Virus record (IMG/VR): IMGVR_UViG_3300044960_000873 | Span: 1 to 57,352 of that record | From: a virus | Lineage: Duplodnaviria > Caudoviricetes | Direction: 5' to 3' (one strand) | DNA length: 57,352 bases | Shown: positions 1-10,252 of the stretch, piece by piece | Layout of the letters: each line of letters starts with the position of its first letter | Numbering within the stretch: the first letter of the stretch is position 1 | Translations under genes and position numbers: made by a program | The notes under the pieces: generated by a model | The model's database searches: none | What the model was told of the DNA's origin: nothing | Seen by the model: only the letters and a program-made list of their open reading frames with translations

Positions 1-232
1 ACGCCTGGGCTGACGCACCATTCAGATTCGCCGTCGTTCGGCTCAGATTCACGATGCTCGATCCGCCGCCCGGCACGGCAACATACATCGAGTCGTAATC
101 GCTCTTCCCCTGCGTCAGCAGTTCGAACGTGACTGCTGCCCCGTCGGACTGCAACTGGTAGACGATATTGGCGGACGGGTTGTGATATGCCGTCGCCGCT
201 GGCACCCAGGAACCGGCGAACGATGGATGCGT
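1..232. repeat. Terminal direct repeat, copy 1 (circular-contig overlap)
   Basis: Identical to 57121-57352 except T105 vs G57225. Confidence 0.97.
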
Positions 233-1084
233 GCTGATCGGCCAGTTATCCCAACGCCAGGAATCGTTCGCCACCGAGAGGCTATCGAACAGATCAGGGT
301 CCTCCAACTTCCCACACAGGGGATTCGTCAGCCCGCTCCCGTAAATAATGTCCACCTGGGTGCTCGTACCGTCCGGGTTCGTATCCACCAATGTCCAGAC
401 CACCGACGTCGTCGTGCCGCCATTGACGACGGTGCATTTCGCTGGCACACCGTTGACCCAAACGAATACGTTCGTCGCCGTCGCGTTGGCGTCGTTGAGC
501 GCGAACTTGATCGGCGTCGCCGTAAATCCATTCGCCATGCCTGCCCCAGACACCTGGCACGAGCGGTATGTCACGTGCGTCCCCGTCGTCAATTCGATGA
601 CCGGCGGCGTTGGCACATTGCCGCTGTTCGTCACCGATGCCGGGTTGCTCGCGCTCGTCGTCAGGCTCTCCGCCTGCCAGATCGGCGTCGGCGCGACACA
701 GCGCGCCTCATATTGCAACGTCTGCACCGCCCCGGCATCCTGGCGCGGGCGCAACTCCAACAACTCCACATCGACGTAGACCGATGTCCCGTCATGCCAG
801 TTGGCCACCAGGCGGGTCGTGCTGTTCCCCCACGGCTGGAACCATTGCTCGATGGTCGTCTTCAGCGTCGCGTAGGCCGTCGCCGTGTCTGCCGCCGCGA
901 TCAGCAGCGAAAACTCCAGCGGTTCCCAATTGCGCGCAATCACCCGTGGCCCGCCGACCCGTCGCCGCGCATATTGCACCGTCTTGCGCCGCACGAGCGG
1001 GTCCCCGGCCGGGAATACCACCCGGTACGAGGTCGAGCCGTTGACCGCGTTCCCCCCGATCGACGTAATCACGTTCGCTGGCAT
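1..1084 (-). CDS. Distal-tail/baseplate-like protein, 5' part (continues through the junction into 56633-57120; about 523 aa in total)
   Basis: Not in the ORF track. ATG at 1084 overlaps the tape measure stop; the frame MPANVITSIGG... is open to base 1 and joins ORF 56633-57325 via the terminal repeat. Confidence 0.75.
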   Translation of the reverse strand, partial: MPANVITSIGGNAVNGSTSYRVVFPAGDPLVRRKTVQYARRRVGGPRVIARNWEPLEFSLLIAAADTATAYATLKTTIEQWFQPWGNSTTRLVANWHDGTSVYVDVELLELRPRQDAGAVQTLQYEARCVAPTPIWQAESLTTSASNPASVTNSGNVPTPPVIELTTGTHVTYRSCQVSGAGMANGFTATPIKFALNDANATATNVFVWVNGVPAKCTVVNGGTTTSVVWTLVDTNPDGTSTQVDIIYGSGLTNPLCGKLEDPDLFDSLSVANDSWRWDNWPISTHPSFAGSWVPAATAYHNPSANIVYQLQSDGAAVTFELLTQGKSDYDSMYVAVPGGGSSIVNLSRTTANLNGASAQA

Positions 1085-4000
1085 CAGAGCGCTCCGCTCA
1101 ACGCCTCACGCATCGCGTTCCCGATCGACCGCGACACCTCGCCGCTCATCTGTCCAGTCGCGCGTTCCAATGCCGCCGCCACCGCCGCCGCGATGATCTC
1201 TGCCTGCACGGTCGCCGCGTCGGTCACTGCCTGCCCCACCGCCGCCGGCAGATCCGCCAGCGGCGACACCCCCACCGCTCCCAGCAACGTGTTGACGAAA
1301 TCGAGTTGGCTCATGCCGAGGATGCCCAGGTCCGCCAGCGACGCCGCGAGCTGGTCCGCCACCGCCTGCGTCGCCGCCGCTGGCCATGCCTCCGGGTTGC
1401 TCAGCATCTCCTGCAACAGCGCCAACTGCTCCGCCGCGTAATTCGCAGCGTCGAGCGCCCCGGAATCTGAGCCAGTATCGATGGGGAATAAGCCCTGCAT
1501 TTCCCCCTGAATGAGGGAAAATATCTTGTTGATTTGTTCCATGATCTCGAATATATTCGTGACTGTGCCGGACTCGATCTGTCGTTCCAGTTGGCTGATG
1601 AGACTGTCGACCCAATCCTGTTGCGCGAGCTCACGCAGTTGATCGAATAGCGCAGCCAATGCCTCTGGGTCGTCTCTCGCCCTCAGGCTTGGGTACCCTC
1701 CACCCTGCCCATAGATTGCGCCGCCAATCAGACTCAGAAACTCGTTCTTGAGATACCACCCCTCCTGGCTGAACCAATCCGCATGTGGTTGATTGGCCGC
1801 CTCGATCTGACTCGCCACGAGTTCGATCACATCCGCCAACTGCTGCGCCGTCGCGTCGAACCCCAGCAGCGACGAGATCAACGCGTCGATCGTCGGGTCG
1901 CTGCTCGTCCCAGCGCCACCCCCAGCGTTCGGCGGGCCGCTGAATGGCCCCCGCCCCCCAGGCCCGCGCCCGATGCTCGCCGCCAGCGCATTCGTCGCCC
2001 CAGCCGTCGATCCCAACGCCTTCGCGCTATCCCCCGCTGCGTCCCCTACCGCCTCAGCCGCCGCCCCGATCGCGTCGGCGATATCCTCCAGCGTCGCCGC
2101 CAGGTCGGCCGCCAGTTCGGCGTACGGTTCCGCTGCCGCCGCCATCTGGGCGATCAGCTCCAGGATGTCGAGGAAATTCGCGTAGAACACCTGCATCTGC
2201 TGCTCGGACAGCCGCGAGGTCTCGGCGATCGCCGTCATCGCCCGCGCCGTCTCGCCCATCAGGGCCACGCCCTGACCCGCGCCCTCGGCGAATGTGGCCA
2301 GCGCCTCGACCTGCAGCGGCGTGTAATCGTCAGCGATGGTCAGGAGCGCGTCGGTCATGATCCTGACGTCGGCGGCCATCTGTTGCGATAGCCCGGCCAC
2401 GTCGACTCGGTCTTCGGTCGCGCCGAAGGCCAGGATCGCCTCCAGCGCGGTCGGGACGGCCGCGAGGACATCCAGACTGTGCCCCGCCGCCTCGGCAAAC
2501 TCCTCGACCGCCGGGTTTACCTCGCCCCGCCACCCGTCGGCCGCCGCCGCGAACGCGTCGGCGATCACGCGCGCATCAGCACTCCACTGCGCGACGCGTC
2601 GCTCAATCAGCACCGCGCGCTTCGTCCCTTCCTCGATCGGGGTGTCGAGCGCCGCCAGCAGATCCAGGGTATCGGTGAGCGCCCGGGTCGCCGCCGAGAC
2701 GGCCTCGGCCAGATCGCTCATCGCCGGACCGGCCGCGTCGTCCCACCCTGCCGCGGCGTCGGCGAACCGTGCCGCGATCGTCCGCGCCTGCTCGGCCAAT
2801 CCGGCGACCTGTCCCTCCAGCCGGTGGTTGCTCTTCACCGCCGCGGCAGCGCCGTTCCCGAGGGCATCCAGCAGGGCGATCGTGTCCGCGAGCGCCCTGG
2901 TCGCATCCGCCACCGCCGCCGCGAGCTGCTCCGTCTCACCGCCCCGCCAGGTCGCGGCCGCGCCGCCAAAGGCCGTCGCCGCCTGCAATGCGACGGCAGC
3001 CAGCGTCGCCGCGTTGCGCGTCACGATCCCCATATCGACCGTCGCCAGAGCGGTCGTGTCGCGCAACGCCTCGACCAGCTCCAGCGCGTCCTGCAGCACC
3101 GACAGCGCCGACGCGGCCGCATCGGCGTATATCTGCGTCTGTTCCAGATAGGGACCTGCATAGATCGCGGCCGAGTCGCCGATACTGCTCAGCGCCTTCT
3201 CAGCGATGAATTTCAGGTTGGCGACCGCCTGTGCCTGCCACTCGCCATAGACGATGGTCGTGTCGTCGAGCTCCCGCACGAGCGCGACGGCATCGGTCAC
3301 GACGCCCAACGCGCCTCGGGCAGCATCGGCGTAGACGGTCAGGTGCTCGAGGTACTCGCCTGAATAGAGCGCGGCCGAATCGCCCAGGCTCGCCACGGCC
3401 TTCTCGGTCAGGAACTTCAATGCCGCGATGGCCGCTTCCTGCACGTCACCGTAGACGACCGCCGACTGCCCCAACTCGCGCGTCAGGTCAAGGGCGGTCG
3501 AGAATACGTCCAGCACCGTCCTGGCGGCGGAGGCATAGGCCTTCGCCGCCTCGACAGCGGACCCTTCTCGCGCCGCGATCTCGCCGAGCGCGCGCACCAG
3601 TTCGTCGATAAGCGCGGCGTACTCCTGGGCATTACTCAGGCTGTCACGGGCTCCTGCCAACGCCTCGGGCCCGACCGCGGGCAATCCTCCCAGCCCCTGC
3701 GCCTGCTGCCCCTTCGACCCGCCGCCACCGCCACCGTCCGAGACAACCCCACCGGGTGGCGTTCCGCTCGTCTGATAAACGGTCGTCACCGTGGCCGCAT
3801 AGGTACGTCCCGCGAAGGTCGTCAGGTCGGTCAGCAGGGTATCGAACACCGTGCGTTCGACCGCGGCCTGGGCCGTGGCCGTCGCGTCATGCTCCCCCTG
3901 CGCCATCTCTCCCATGTCGAGCACGAACGTATCGAACGGGCCACGCTGGACATTGACCCCGACCGGGATCGTGTAGCGCGCAAGCGGTTTCCCGCCGGCC

Positions 4001-6111
4001 GGCAGCGCGTTCGACGCAGGCCCGCCGCCGCCGAACCCGCCGGCGAACGTCCCGCCCAGGTCGCCGAACAGCTTGTCCAGCTCGCTCTGCCCGTTGATCG
4101 CGATATCGACGGCGATCGCGATCTCCTGGGGCAGCAGCTTGATCGCGGCGATCAACCCCTCGTCGCCTGAGATGGCCTCAGCGATGGCGTCGATCGCCTG
4201 CTTCATTGGCGAATCCGGCTGGAACCCATTCAGGACATCGCCGGCTTTCTGCACGTCCTCCAGGTAGGGTTCCAGGTTCTCCTCGCCCCGCGCGATCGCC
4301 TTCGCCAGCTCCTCCTGGGCGATCACGAGGTTCTGTTTCGCTTCGGCGAGCATCCCCTCCGCGATCGTCGCGTCCTCGACCCCGCCGATCGCGCGCGCGT
4401 GCGCGCGCTCGTAGTTCTCGAGGAACAGCACCTGCTCCGCGGTCAGCTCGATGTTGTTTTTCTGGCGCTCGATGAGGATGTCGTACGCCTGCTCCATCGC
4501 GCTCGCGTCGCGCTGGAACTGCGAGCGCTGGGTAGCGTAGATGTCCATCACGCCGGTGATCGAGTCGAGCGCTCCACCAAACGCACGATGGGACTCGGCG
4601 AGCTTGTCGGCGGCAAACGCCGCGGCGGACGATGCCTGGGTGACGGTATCCAGCCCATCGGCCATGCTCATCATCGCGTCACGGCCCTGGGCGCCGGCCA
4701 GCTCTGCCTGCGTCGCGAGGTGCTGCAATTCATCCGCGGTGGACGCTGATGCCCGGCTGACCCCACCGAGATCGCCCGCCGCTTTCTCGCCAAACCACCA
4801 GTCCGGCTTGCGTTCGAGCGCGTCGATCAGATTGTTGGTGGACTCGGTAACGTTGCGCGTAGCGAGATCAACGTTGATCAGTTCTTCACGATAGTTTTGC
4901 GCCGCTCTTTGCTCCTCGGATGTCCTCGCAGTGAGGTTGGCGAGCGCTTCCTCGTAATCGTCAGAGAACTTGATGATGAGGTGAAGTGGGCCGCCCGATG
5001 CTGTCCAGCGAGCGATATCGAACGCGGTTTCTTTTGCGGCATCCCGAAAATCGGAGAGCGCTTGCTGCCACCCACGGGCTTTTTCTTGCGCCTCTGGAGG
5101 GAACATGTTGCCGAGGATCTCTGAAAGTGTCCCGAGCGCCTCGCCGGTTATCGCAATGCTTTCCGCAGTTGACTCAAGTGTGTCAACGAGGGCTGGGAGA
5201 GTTTCGCCCGCAACCGACCCGAACGCCTTCGCAAGCGTCTCAGACGCTGCTGTCCATCGCTCGATCCGCGCGTCAAAATGAGCACCCTCAGTTGCGCCCA
5301 TCGCGCTGGAGAGTCCGCGCTTGAACTCATCAAACCAGGGCTTCGAGAGGGCTAGGGCTGCAAGCTCGAAGCGATCTGTCAGGGTCGAAATCTGTCCGGT
5401 CGTAGTTTGCGACAGGCCTGTAACGACTGCCATGTCAAGGCCCATGTCGCGCAACGCCGTGCTGACAGCTTCGAGCGCAGGCACGCCCTGAGCACGGAGA
5501 TCATTGATCGCAACGCGGGATAAGTTGAAACGCTCAATGACGGACGTGAAATCACCACTAAGAGCTTCGCGAAGGGCGAATGCTGCGCCCGCCAGTCCTT
5601 CTGCCGGATTCGACGCCGCCAAAATCTGCGCCAGGTCGATCAGTTCCTCCAGCGCCGCGCCGGTGACCTTCGCCGCCGGCAACAACCCCGCGACAGCATC
5701 GGCCATCTCCCCGAACGCGAAGGGGCTCTTCGCTGCCTCCTCCTGGATCATGCCCAGGAGCCGCTCTGTCTCCGCCCCGTCCTTCGTGAACGCCAGCAGC
5801 CGCGCGCGCGTGTTCTCCAGCCCCGTATGCAGTTGCCAGAGCCCTCCGGCCGCGGAACGCAATCCCCCGAGCAGCGCCATCGTGCCCGCCTGGGCAACGC
5901 CCGCAGCAGAGCCGAACCCGATGATCTCCAGCGCGCCGGACCGGAACCGGCCACCGGTCTGCGTCGCGGCGACTCCAACCTGTTGGAGTTGCCCCGACAC
6001 CCGCGCGCTGGCCGCGCCCACCTGGCCCAGGTCAGCCACGACCTCCTTCAGCGCGCTGTCAGAGAGGTTGGACGCTCTGATGGTGATCGTGACTGTATGG
6101 TTCTGACTCAT
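1084..6111 (-). CDS. Tail tape measure protein
   Basis: About 1675 aa, Ala-rich and helical; N-terminal tape-measure motif (IQEEAAKSPFAFGEMADA); lies after the tail chaperones; likely start MSQNHTVTITIRA. Confidence 0.92.
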   Translation of the reverse strand: MSQNHTVTITIRASNLSDSALKEVVADLGQVGAASARVSGQLQQVGVAATQTGGRFRSGALEIIGFGSAAGVAQAGTMALLGGLRSAAGGLWQLHTGLENTRARLLAFTKDGAETERLLGMIQEEAAKSPFAFGEMADAVAGLLPAAKVTGAALEELIDLAQILAASNPAEGLAGAAFALREALSGDFTSVIERFNLSRVAINDLRAQGVPALEAVSTALRDMGLDMAVVTGLSQTTTGQISTLTDRFELAALALSKPWFDEFKRGLSSAMGATEGAHFDARIERWTAASETLAKAFGSVAGETLPALVDTLESTAESIAITGEALGTLSEILGNMFPPEAQEKARGWQQALSDFRDAAKETAFDIARWTASGGPLHLIIKFSDDYEEALANLTARTSEEQRAAQNYREELINVDLATRNVTESTNNLIDALERKPDWWFGEKAAGDLGGVSRASASTADELQHLATQAELAGAQGRDAMMSMADGLDTVTQASSAAAFAADKLAESHRAFGGALDSITGVMDIYATQRSQFQRDASAMEQAYDILIERQKNNIELTAEQVLFLENYERAHARAIGGVEDATIAEGMLAEAKQNLVIAQEELAKAIARGEENLEPYLEDVQKAGDVLNGFQPDSPMKQAIDAIAEAISGDEGLIAAIKLLPQEIAIAVDIAINGQSELDKLFGDLGGTFAGGFGGGGPASNALPAGGKPLARYTIPVGVNVQRGPFDTFVLDMGEMAQGEHDATATAQAAVERTVFDTLLTDLTTFAGRTYAATVTTVYQTSGTPPGGVVSDGGGGGGSKGQQAQGLGGLPAVGPEALAGARDSLSNAQEYAALIDELVRALGEIAAREGSAVEAAKAYASAARTVLDVFSTALDLTRELGQSAVVYGDVQEAAIAALKFLTEKAVASLGDSAALYSGEYLEHLTVYADAARGALGVVTDAVALVRELDDTTIVYGEWQAQAVANLKFIAEKALSSIGDSAAIYAGPYLEQTQIYADAAASALSVLQDALELVEALRDTTALATVDMGIVTRNAATLAAVALQAATAFGGAAATWRGGETEQLAAAVADATRALADTIALLDALGNGAAAAVKSNHRLEGQVAGLAEQARTIAARFADAAAGWDDAAGPAMSDLAEAVSAATRALTDTLDLLAALDTPIEEGTKRAVLIERRVAQWSADARVIADAFAAAADGWRGEVNPAVEEFAEAAGHSLDVLAAVPTALEAILAFGATEDRVDVAGLSQQMAADVRIMTDALLTIADDYTPLQVEALATFAEGAGQGVALMGETARAMTAIAETSRLSEQQMQVFYANFLDILELIAQMAAAAEPYAELAADLAATLEDIADAIGAAAEAVGDAAGDSAKALGSTAGATNALAASIGRGPGGRGPFSGPPNAGGGAGTSSDPTIDALISSLLGFDATAQQLADVIELVASQIEAANQPHADWFSQEGWYLKNEFLSLIGGAIYGQGGGYPSLRARDDPEALAALFDQLRELAQQDWVDSLISQLERQIESGTVTNIFEIMEQINKIFSLIQGEMQGLFPIDTGSDSGALDAANYAAEQLALLQEMLSNPEAWPAAATQAVADQLAASLADLGILGMSQLDFVNTLLGAVGVSPLADLPAAVGQAVTDAATVQAEIIAAAVAAALERATGQMSGEVSRSIGNAMREALSGAL

Positions 6112-6167
6112 GCTATGATCCCGCTCACCAACCAGCGGCTCCATCGGGGACATGAGAGGGAGAACCA

Positions 6168-6614
6168 ATGCGCTACCTGGCTGTTGCCCTCATCATCTGG
6201 GGCGCTATCGCCTGTGGCGGCCGGCGAGAACTGTCCGAGCAGGCCTACGCCGAGCAGGTGCAGGAATACACCGCCACACTGGCGGATGCGATTGCCGAGA
6301 TCCGTCGCCTGTTGACCGACGCGGAACAGCGCGTCGCGCTGATCCTGAATGACGCGTGGCGCGCCGATATCCAGGCGCAGTTCGCTATCGTGCACGGCGC
6401 GGCGGACGATGTCGCGAACATGCGCCCCCCAGAGCGTTTTGCCGAGGCGCATCGTGCGCTCGAACGCGCCACCGAGTGCTACGCCGATGCCACCGATCTG
6501 TTGCGGGATGCACTGGCAACGCCGCCAGTCGCCTCCGCTATGGTGGTTAGCATGCTGCTCTCGTGCAACGATCTCATGCAGGACGCGCTCGTCGCGATGC
6601 AGCGGGTGCGCTAA
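6168..6614 (+). CDS. Putative lipoprotein moron inserted antisense in the tail operon
   Basis: Signal peptide with lipobox-like AIA-C (MRYLAVALIIWGAIACGG); GAGAGGGAG RBS. Confidence 0.7.
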   Translation: MRYLAVALIIWGAIACGGRRELSEQAYAEQVQEYTATLADAIAEIRRLLTDAEQRVALILNDAWRADIQAQFAIVHGAADDVANMRPPERFAEAHRALERATECYADATDLLRDALATPPVASAMVVSMLLSCNDLMQDALVAMQRVR

Positions 6615-6652
6615 TGCACCCATGATGGCGATGGCCAGCGCGTCGTTCTGAT

Positions 6653-6985
6653 TCATCCTCCGCCCTCCTGCTCACCGCCGCCGTGGCCCGGGCCCTGCCG
6701 CGTGGCGACCATCGCGAACGTCTGCGCCGCCCGCGTCTGCGCCTGCCGCCATTTCGCCAGGTACGTCTCCCCCTCGCGCGCCAGCGCCTCGACTGCCCAG
6801 ATGCGCGCGATCCGCAGCCGCTGGTCGTCCTCCAACCCATCCACCTCCGCCAGCGTCCAGCCGTAGTCCCGCATCAGCCGGCCGTCGAACAGGTCGCTGT
6901 CCCACGTTTCCCAGCCGGCCGGCGGCGGCTCCCCTCTCAGCCGGCCATCGACGTACCATTGCTGGAACTCGTCGCGGCTTTTGGG
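6653..6985 (-). CDS. Tail assembly chaperone GT-type frameshift extension
   Basis: The -1 frame after slippery heptamer C CCA AAA (6985-6979) reads SRDEFQQWYVDG...MRDYGW, continuous with ORF 6653-6874. Confidence 0.75.
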   Translation of the reverse strand, partial: PKSRDEFQQWYVDGRLRGEPPPAGWETWDSDLFDGRLMRDYGWTLAEVDGLEDDQRLRIARIWAVEALAREGETYLAKWRQAQTRAAQTFAMVATRQGPGHGGGEQEGGG

Positions 6986-7428
6986 TCAGCGAACAACGCC
7001 GGTGGGTAAAGGATCTGTCCCACCAGCCGGGCGAGGTCGGTGAACGACAACTCCCAGGCCAGGTCCAGCCCCCGCTGCGGCAACTCGTTCCCCGCCCAGT
7101 CGGTGATGTTGTGGGCTACCACCCGGTCATCCAGGAAGGTCGCCAGTTGCGCGATCGCCTCGATCTCCCGCGCGATCGGGTCCTCGATCGTCGTCAGCCG
7201 CGCCAGCATCGCCTGGTGCCAGATGCGCTCCCGGTTCGTGCCACCGCCGCGAACCTCCACCCAATGCTCGCCATGCTCGCCAAACGTGATCCGCCGGGTG
7301 CGTTTGCGCACGTCCACCGGCGGCGTCCCCTCGACCCTCCCCGGCCGCTCCAACGTCACCTCCCAGACCCCCGGCTCGATCGTCGTCACCGCCTGTGGCG
7401 TTACCCGCCCAGCGTCGTCCATCGGCAA
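6937..7428 (-). CDS. Tail assembly chaperone (G-like)
   Basis: Lies between tail tube and tape measure genes; slippery site near its 3' end. Confidence 0.75.
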   Translation of the reverse strand: MPMDDAGRVTPQAVTTIEPGVWEVTLERPGRVEGTPPVDVRKRTRRITFGEHGEHWVEVRGGGTNRERIWHQAMLARLTTIEDPIAREIEAIAQLATFLDDRVVAHNITDWAGNELPQRGLDLAWELSFTDLARLVGQILYPPALFADPKAATSSSNGTSMAG

Positions 7429-7488
7429 CCCTCATCCCTCACGCTGCCGGCTGGGGCGCGCAAACCTCGCGCCCCAGCCAGCGCCGCG

Positions 7489-7893
7489 TTACGAGCGCAC
7501 CCAGGTCGGCTGCGTCGCGAACACAATGTCGAACGTCGCTGAGATCATCCCGGTCAGGCTCCCCGCCTGCGGTGCGCCACCCGAGACGTACCCCGTCCAG
7601 TAGATGTAGTCCCCCGTCTGCGACCGGTCCGGGTACCAGTAGAATTTCCCCAGCGCGCGCGCATCCCGCGCCGCCGCTAGCGCCGTCTCACTATGGTCGT
7701 AGTGCTTCATCACCTGGCAGGTCGCCTGGATGATCGTCGGCCGTTGCGTCTGGAACACGTCCCCCCAGCTCGTGTCGTCCGCGAACTGGGTCGAGGTGTT
7801 CATCGTGAACCCCGTCCCCTCGGAGACGGGAGACGCCGTGCCGGTGCCGAAATAGAGGATCTGGTTGACCCCCGCGACTGGTCCGAGTGGCAT
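7489..7893 (-). CDS. Major tail (tube) protein
   Basis: 134 aa, beta-rich; position; strong GGAGG RBS. Confidence 0.75.
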   Translation of the reverse strand: MPLGPVAGVNQILYFGTGTASPVSEGTGFTMNTSTQFADDTSWGDVFQTQRPTIIQATCQVMKHYDHSETALAAARDARALGKFYWYPDRSQTGDYIYWTGYVSGGAPQAGSLTGMISATFDIVFATQPTWVRS

Positions 7894-8077
7894 CGTTCGC
7901 CCTCCTGTTCAACCGTCTGGTCGAGGAGAGCGAGCGCGACCGCCGCGGTGGCTCCTGCGTCGCCGGCGGGACCGTGGGACCTGGTGCGGCCAGCGACGCG
8001 CAATGTCATTGCCAATTATCGCATCTGGTGCCGTTTCTCGATCGCGCTGACGATCATCAGCAGCGCCCGCCGGACGA

Positions 8078-9256
8078 TCAGCCAGAACTCGCGTTCGTCC
8101 ATCGTCCCCCCAGCACCTGCTCCAATACCATCCTCATTCGCGCCGCCAGCGTATGCGGTTGCACCCGTCGGCGCGCCTCCGCCGCCAGTTCCGCCCGCTC
8201 GTCCGGCCGCGCCAGCCAGTAGCGCAGCACCCGTTCCAGGTCCGCGCTACTATCATGCCGGTAGGTCGGGATGCTCGCGCCGAATAGCTCCGCCAACTCC
8301 GGCCGGCTGTCGTCACACACCTGGAACACCCCAGCCGCCGCCAGTTCGTACACGCGTGGGTTCAGGCTCTCCGCCTCTCCCTCCGCGATCGTATCGTCCA
8401 GCCCGTAATAGCGCACCCGCCGGTGGTGGTTGATCACAATCCGCGCCCCCGCGTAATACCGGTGCGCCTCGTCGTTATCGACGAAACCCCGTTCCGGGTC
8501 GAGCACCTCCTCGGCCACTGGCGCATCCACGAACACGCCCCGCGCCCGGAAGTGGATCCCCGTCCAGTCCACCCCGCGCAACAACGCCTGCCGCTCTGGG
8601 AACGGCGAGCCGATGAAACACACGTCCGACTGGTACTCCGCGGGCATCTCCTCCCGCCGCAACGGCCGGTGGCGCTGCGGGTCGAACCCGTGCGGCAGAT
8701 AGACCACCCGCTCCGGGTGGGGATGGTTGTAGCGCGCGCGCACCTCGCGGAACCGCGCCACGCAGGTGCGCTCGTTGGTGAACACCCAATTGAACCCGGT
8801 CGCCAACCGCGATTCCGTCTCCCACTGGTAGGGCGACTCGGTGCACAGCAGCGCCGTGCGCGTGTATTGCCCCACCAACACCGCCCCGGCCATGGGAAAC
8901 ACGTACCCCGTCACCCAGAGCACCAGGTCCGGATGGAACGCCAGCATGCGCGGGAACGCCGCGCAACTCGCCAGGTCGAGCACTCGCGCCGTCGCCTGCT
9001 CCGCCGGCAACCCCGCCGCGATCCATTGCTCCTCCAGCGGCAGCAGCTCGTCGATGTACTCGTGGTAGCGGAACGCGTACACCTCCGCGCCCGCCGCGCG
9101 CAGCCCATTCACCACCCCATCGGCCACATCCCGCGTCGAGAACCGGTGGCCAGGGTAGACCACGAACACCCGCGGCGCGGACACCCGGCCTGGCGCGATC
9201 TCCGCCTCCGCCGCTGCCGCGTGGTCCAGGTAGAGCAGCCGGGACGACGCGCTCAT
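8078..9256 (-). CDS. Glycosyltransferase, CgeB/GT-B-like
   Basis: Motifs YLPHGFDP, SDVCFIGS, LNPRVYELAAAG. Confidence 0.85.
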   Translation of the reverse strand: MSASSRLLYLDHAAAAEAEIAPGRVSAPRVFVVYPGHRFSTRDVADGVVNGLRAAGAEVYAFRYHEYIDELLPLEEQWIAAGLPAEQATARVLDLASCAAFPRMLAFHPDLVLWVTGYVFPMAGAVLVGQYTRTALLCTESPYQWETESRLATGFNWVFTNERTCVARFREVRARYNHPHPERVVYLPHGFDPQRHRPLRREEMPAEYQSDVCFIGSPFPERQALLRGVDWTGIHFRARGVFVDAPVAEEVLDPERGFVDNDEAHRYYAGARIVINHHRRVRYYGLDDTIAEGEAESLNPRVYELAAAGVFQVCDDSRPELAELFGASIPTYRHDSSADLERVLRYWLARPDERAELAAEARRRVQPHTLAARMRMVLEQVLGGRWTNASSG

Positions 9257-9777
9257 CTCAGCGCCTCCGGTTTGCGCGCCAGCGCGTACACGTCGCCGCC
9301 ATCCGCCTCACGCACCTGCTCCGGGTCGAGTCCGGCATCTATCAGCCACGCGAGCAACTGAGCCGCACTCACTCCGGCGTAGAACTCGGCTCCCACCTGC
9401 CCGCCGTCCACCCCGTGCGGCGTGCGCGCCGGCGACGCCGCCGTGACGATGACCCACCCACCGGGACGCAGCAGCCGCGCCGCGTTCGCCACGATCTCCC
9501 GCGCGGCCGGGGTATGCTCCAGCGTCTCCGTCGTCACCACCACATCGCAGTGCTCCGGCTCGCCCCAGGTCGCTGCGTCGCCGACCACATCCACGCCGGG
9601 GCCGGGCCGCAGGTCCACCCCGATGTATCCCGCGCAGCCCGCGAACAACGGCCGCACCGACCCGTTCACGTCGTAGCTCCCCAGTTCGACCACCGTCAGT
9701 TGGCTGACATCCAGTTTGTCCACGACGCCGGTCACGAACCGGTATGCCGCCGGATGCATCTCAGACCACCCGCTCAT
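9253..9777 (-). CDS. Class I SAM-dependent methyltransferase
   Basis: VVELGSYDVNGS, GVDLRPGPGVD, LEH, LRPGG motifs. Confidence 0.88.
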   Translation of the reverse strand: MSGWSEMHPAAYRFVTGVVDKLDVSQLTVVELGSYDVNGSVRPLFAGCAGYIGVDLRPGPGVDVVGDAATWGEPEHCDVVVTTETLEHTPAAREIVANAARLLRPGGWVIVTAASPARTPHGVDGGQVGAEFYAGVSAAQLLAWLIDAGLDPEQVREADGGDVYALARKPEALR

Positions 9778-10252
9778 TGCGCAGCGTCACCGCGATCTCC
9801 GCCGTGTGCACCACCGCGCCCATGCCCACCCCGGGAACATCGAGCTCGGCGAACGCGTTCTGCCGCAGCGTCACCGGCACGTGCGATTGGCGCGGCGAGA
9901 GCGAGGCCATGCAGGTCGCCAGCGCCGTCATTGCCTGCTCGATCAACCCCGACCACACCCGGTCGGTCGCCCCGGCATCGTGCGCCGACATATACCCCCG
10001 CACCACCCATACCTCCTCACCGGCCATGCGCATCTGCCCCGTCGTCGTCACGCCATCCGGCCGCCATTCCGCCGATTCCCAGGCCACCGACCAGCCGCGC
10101 ACCTGTTTCTGCCCGCCGACCGTCGCGGTGAATGCAGCCTCCAGGTGCGCGAACGTCTGCGCCGTGCGCCGGTAGTCCTGCACGTTGCCGATATCGGCCA
10201 CCGTCTCCAGCCGCGCCACGATCGCATCGCGCACCTGCGCATACGTCGCCAT
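9761..10252 (-). CDS. Tail terminator/completion protein
   Basis: Size and synteny after the gp10-like neck gene. Confidence 0.6.
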   Translation of the reverse strand: MATYAQVRDAIVARLETVADIGNVQDYRRTAQTFAHLEAAFTATVGGQKQVRGWSVAWESAEWRPDGVTTTGQMRMAGEEVWVVRGYMSAHDAGATDRVWSGLIEQAMTALATCMASLSPRQSHVPVTLRQNAFAELDVPGVGMGAVVHTAEIAVTLRNERVV

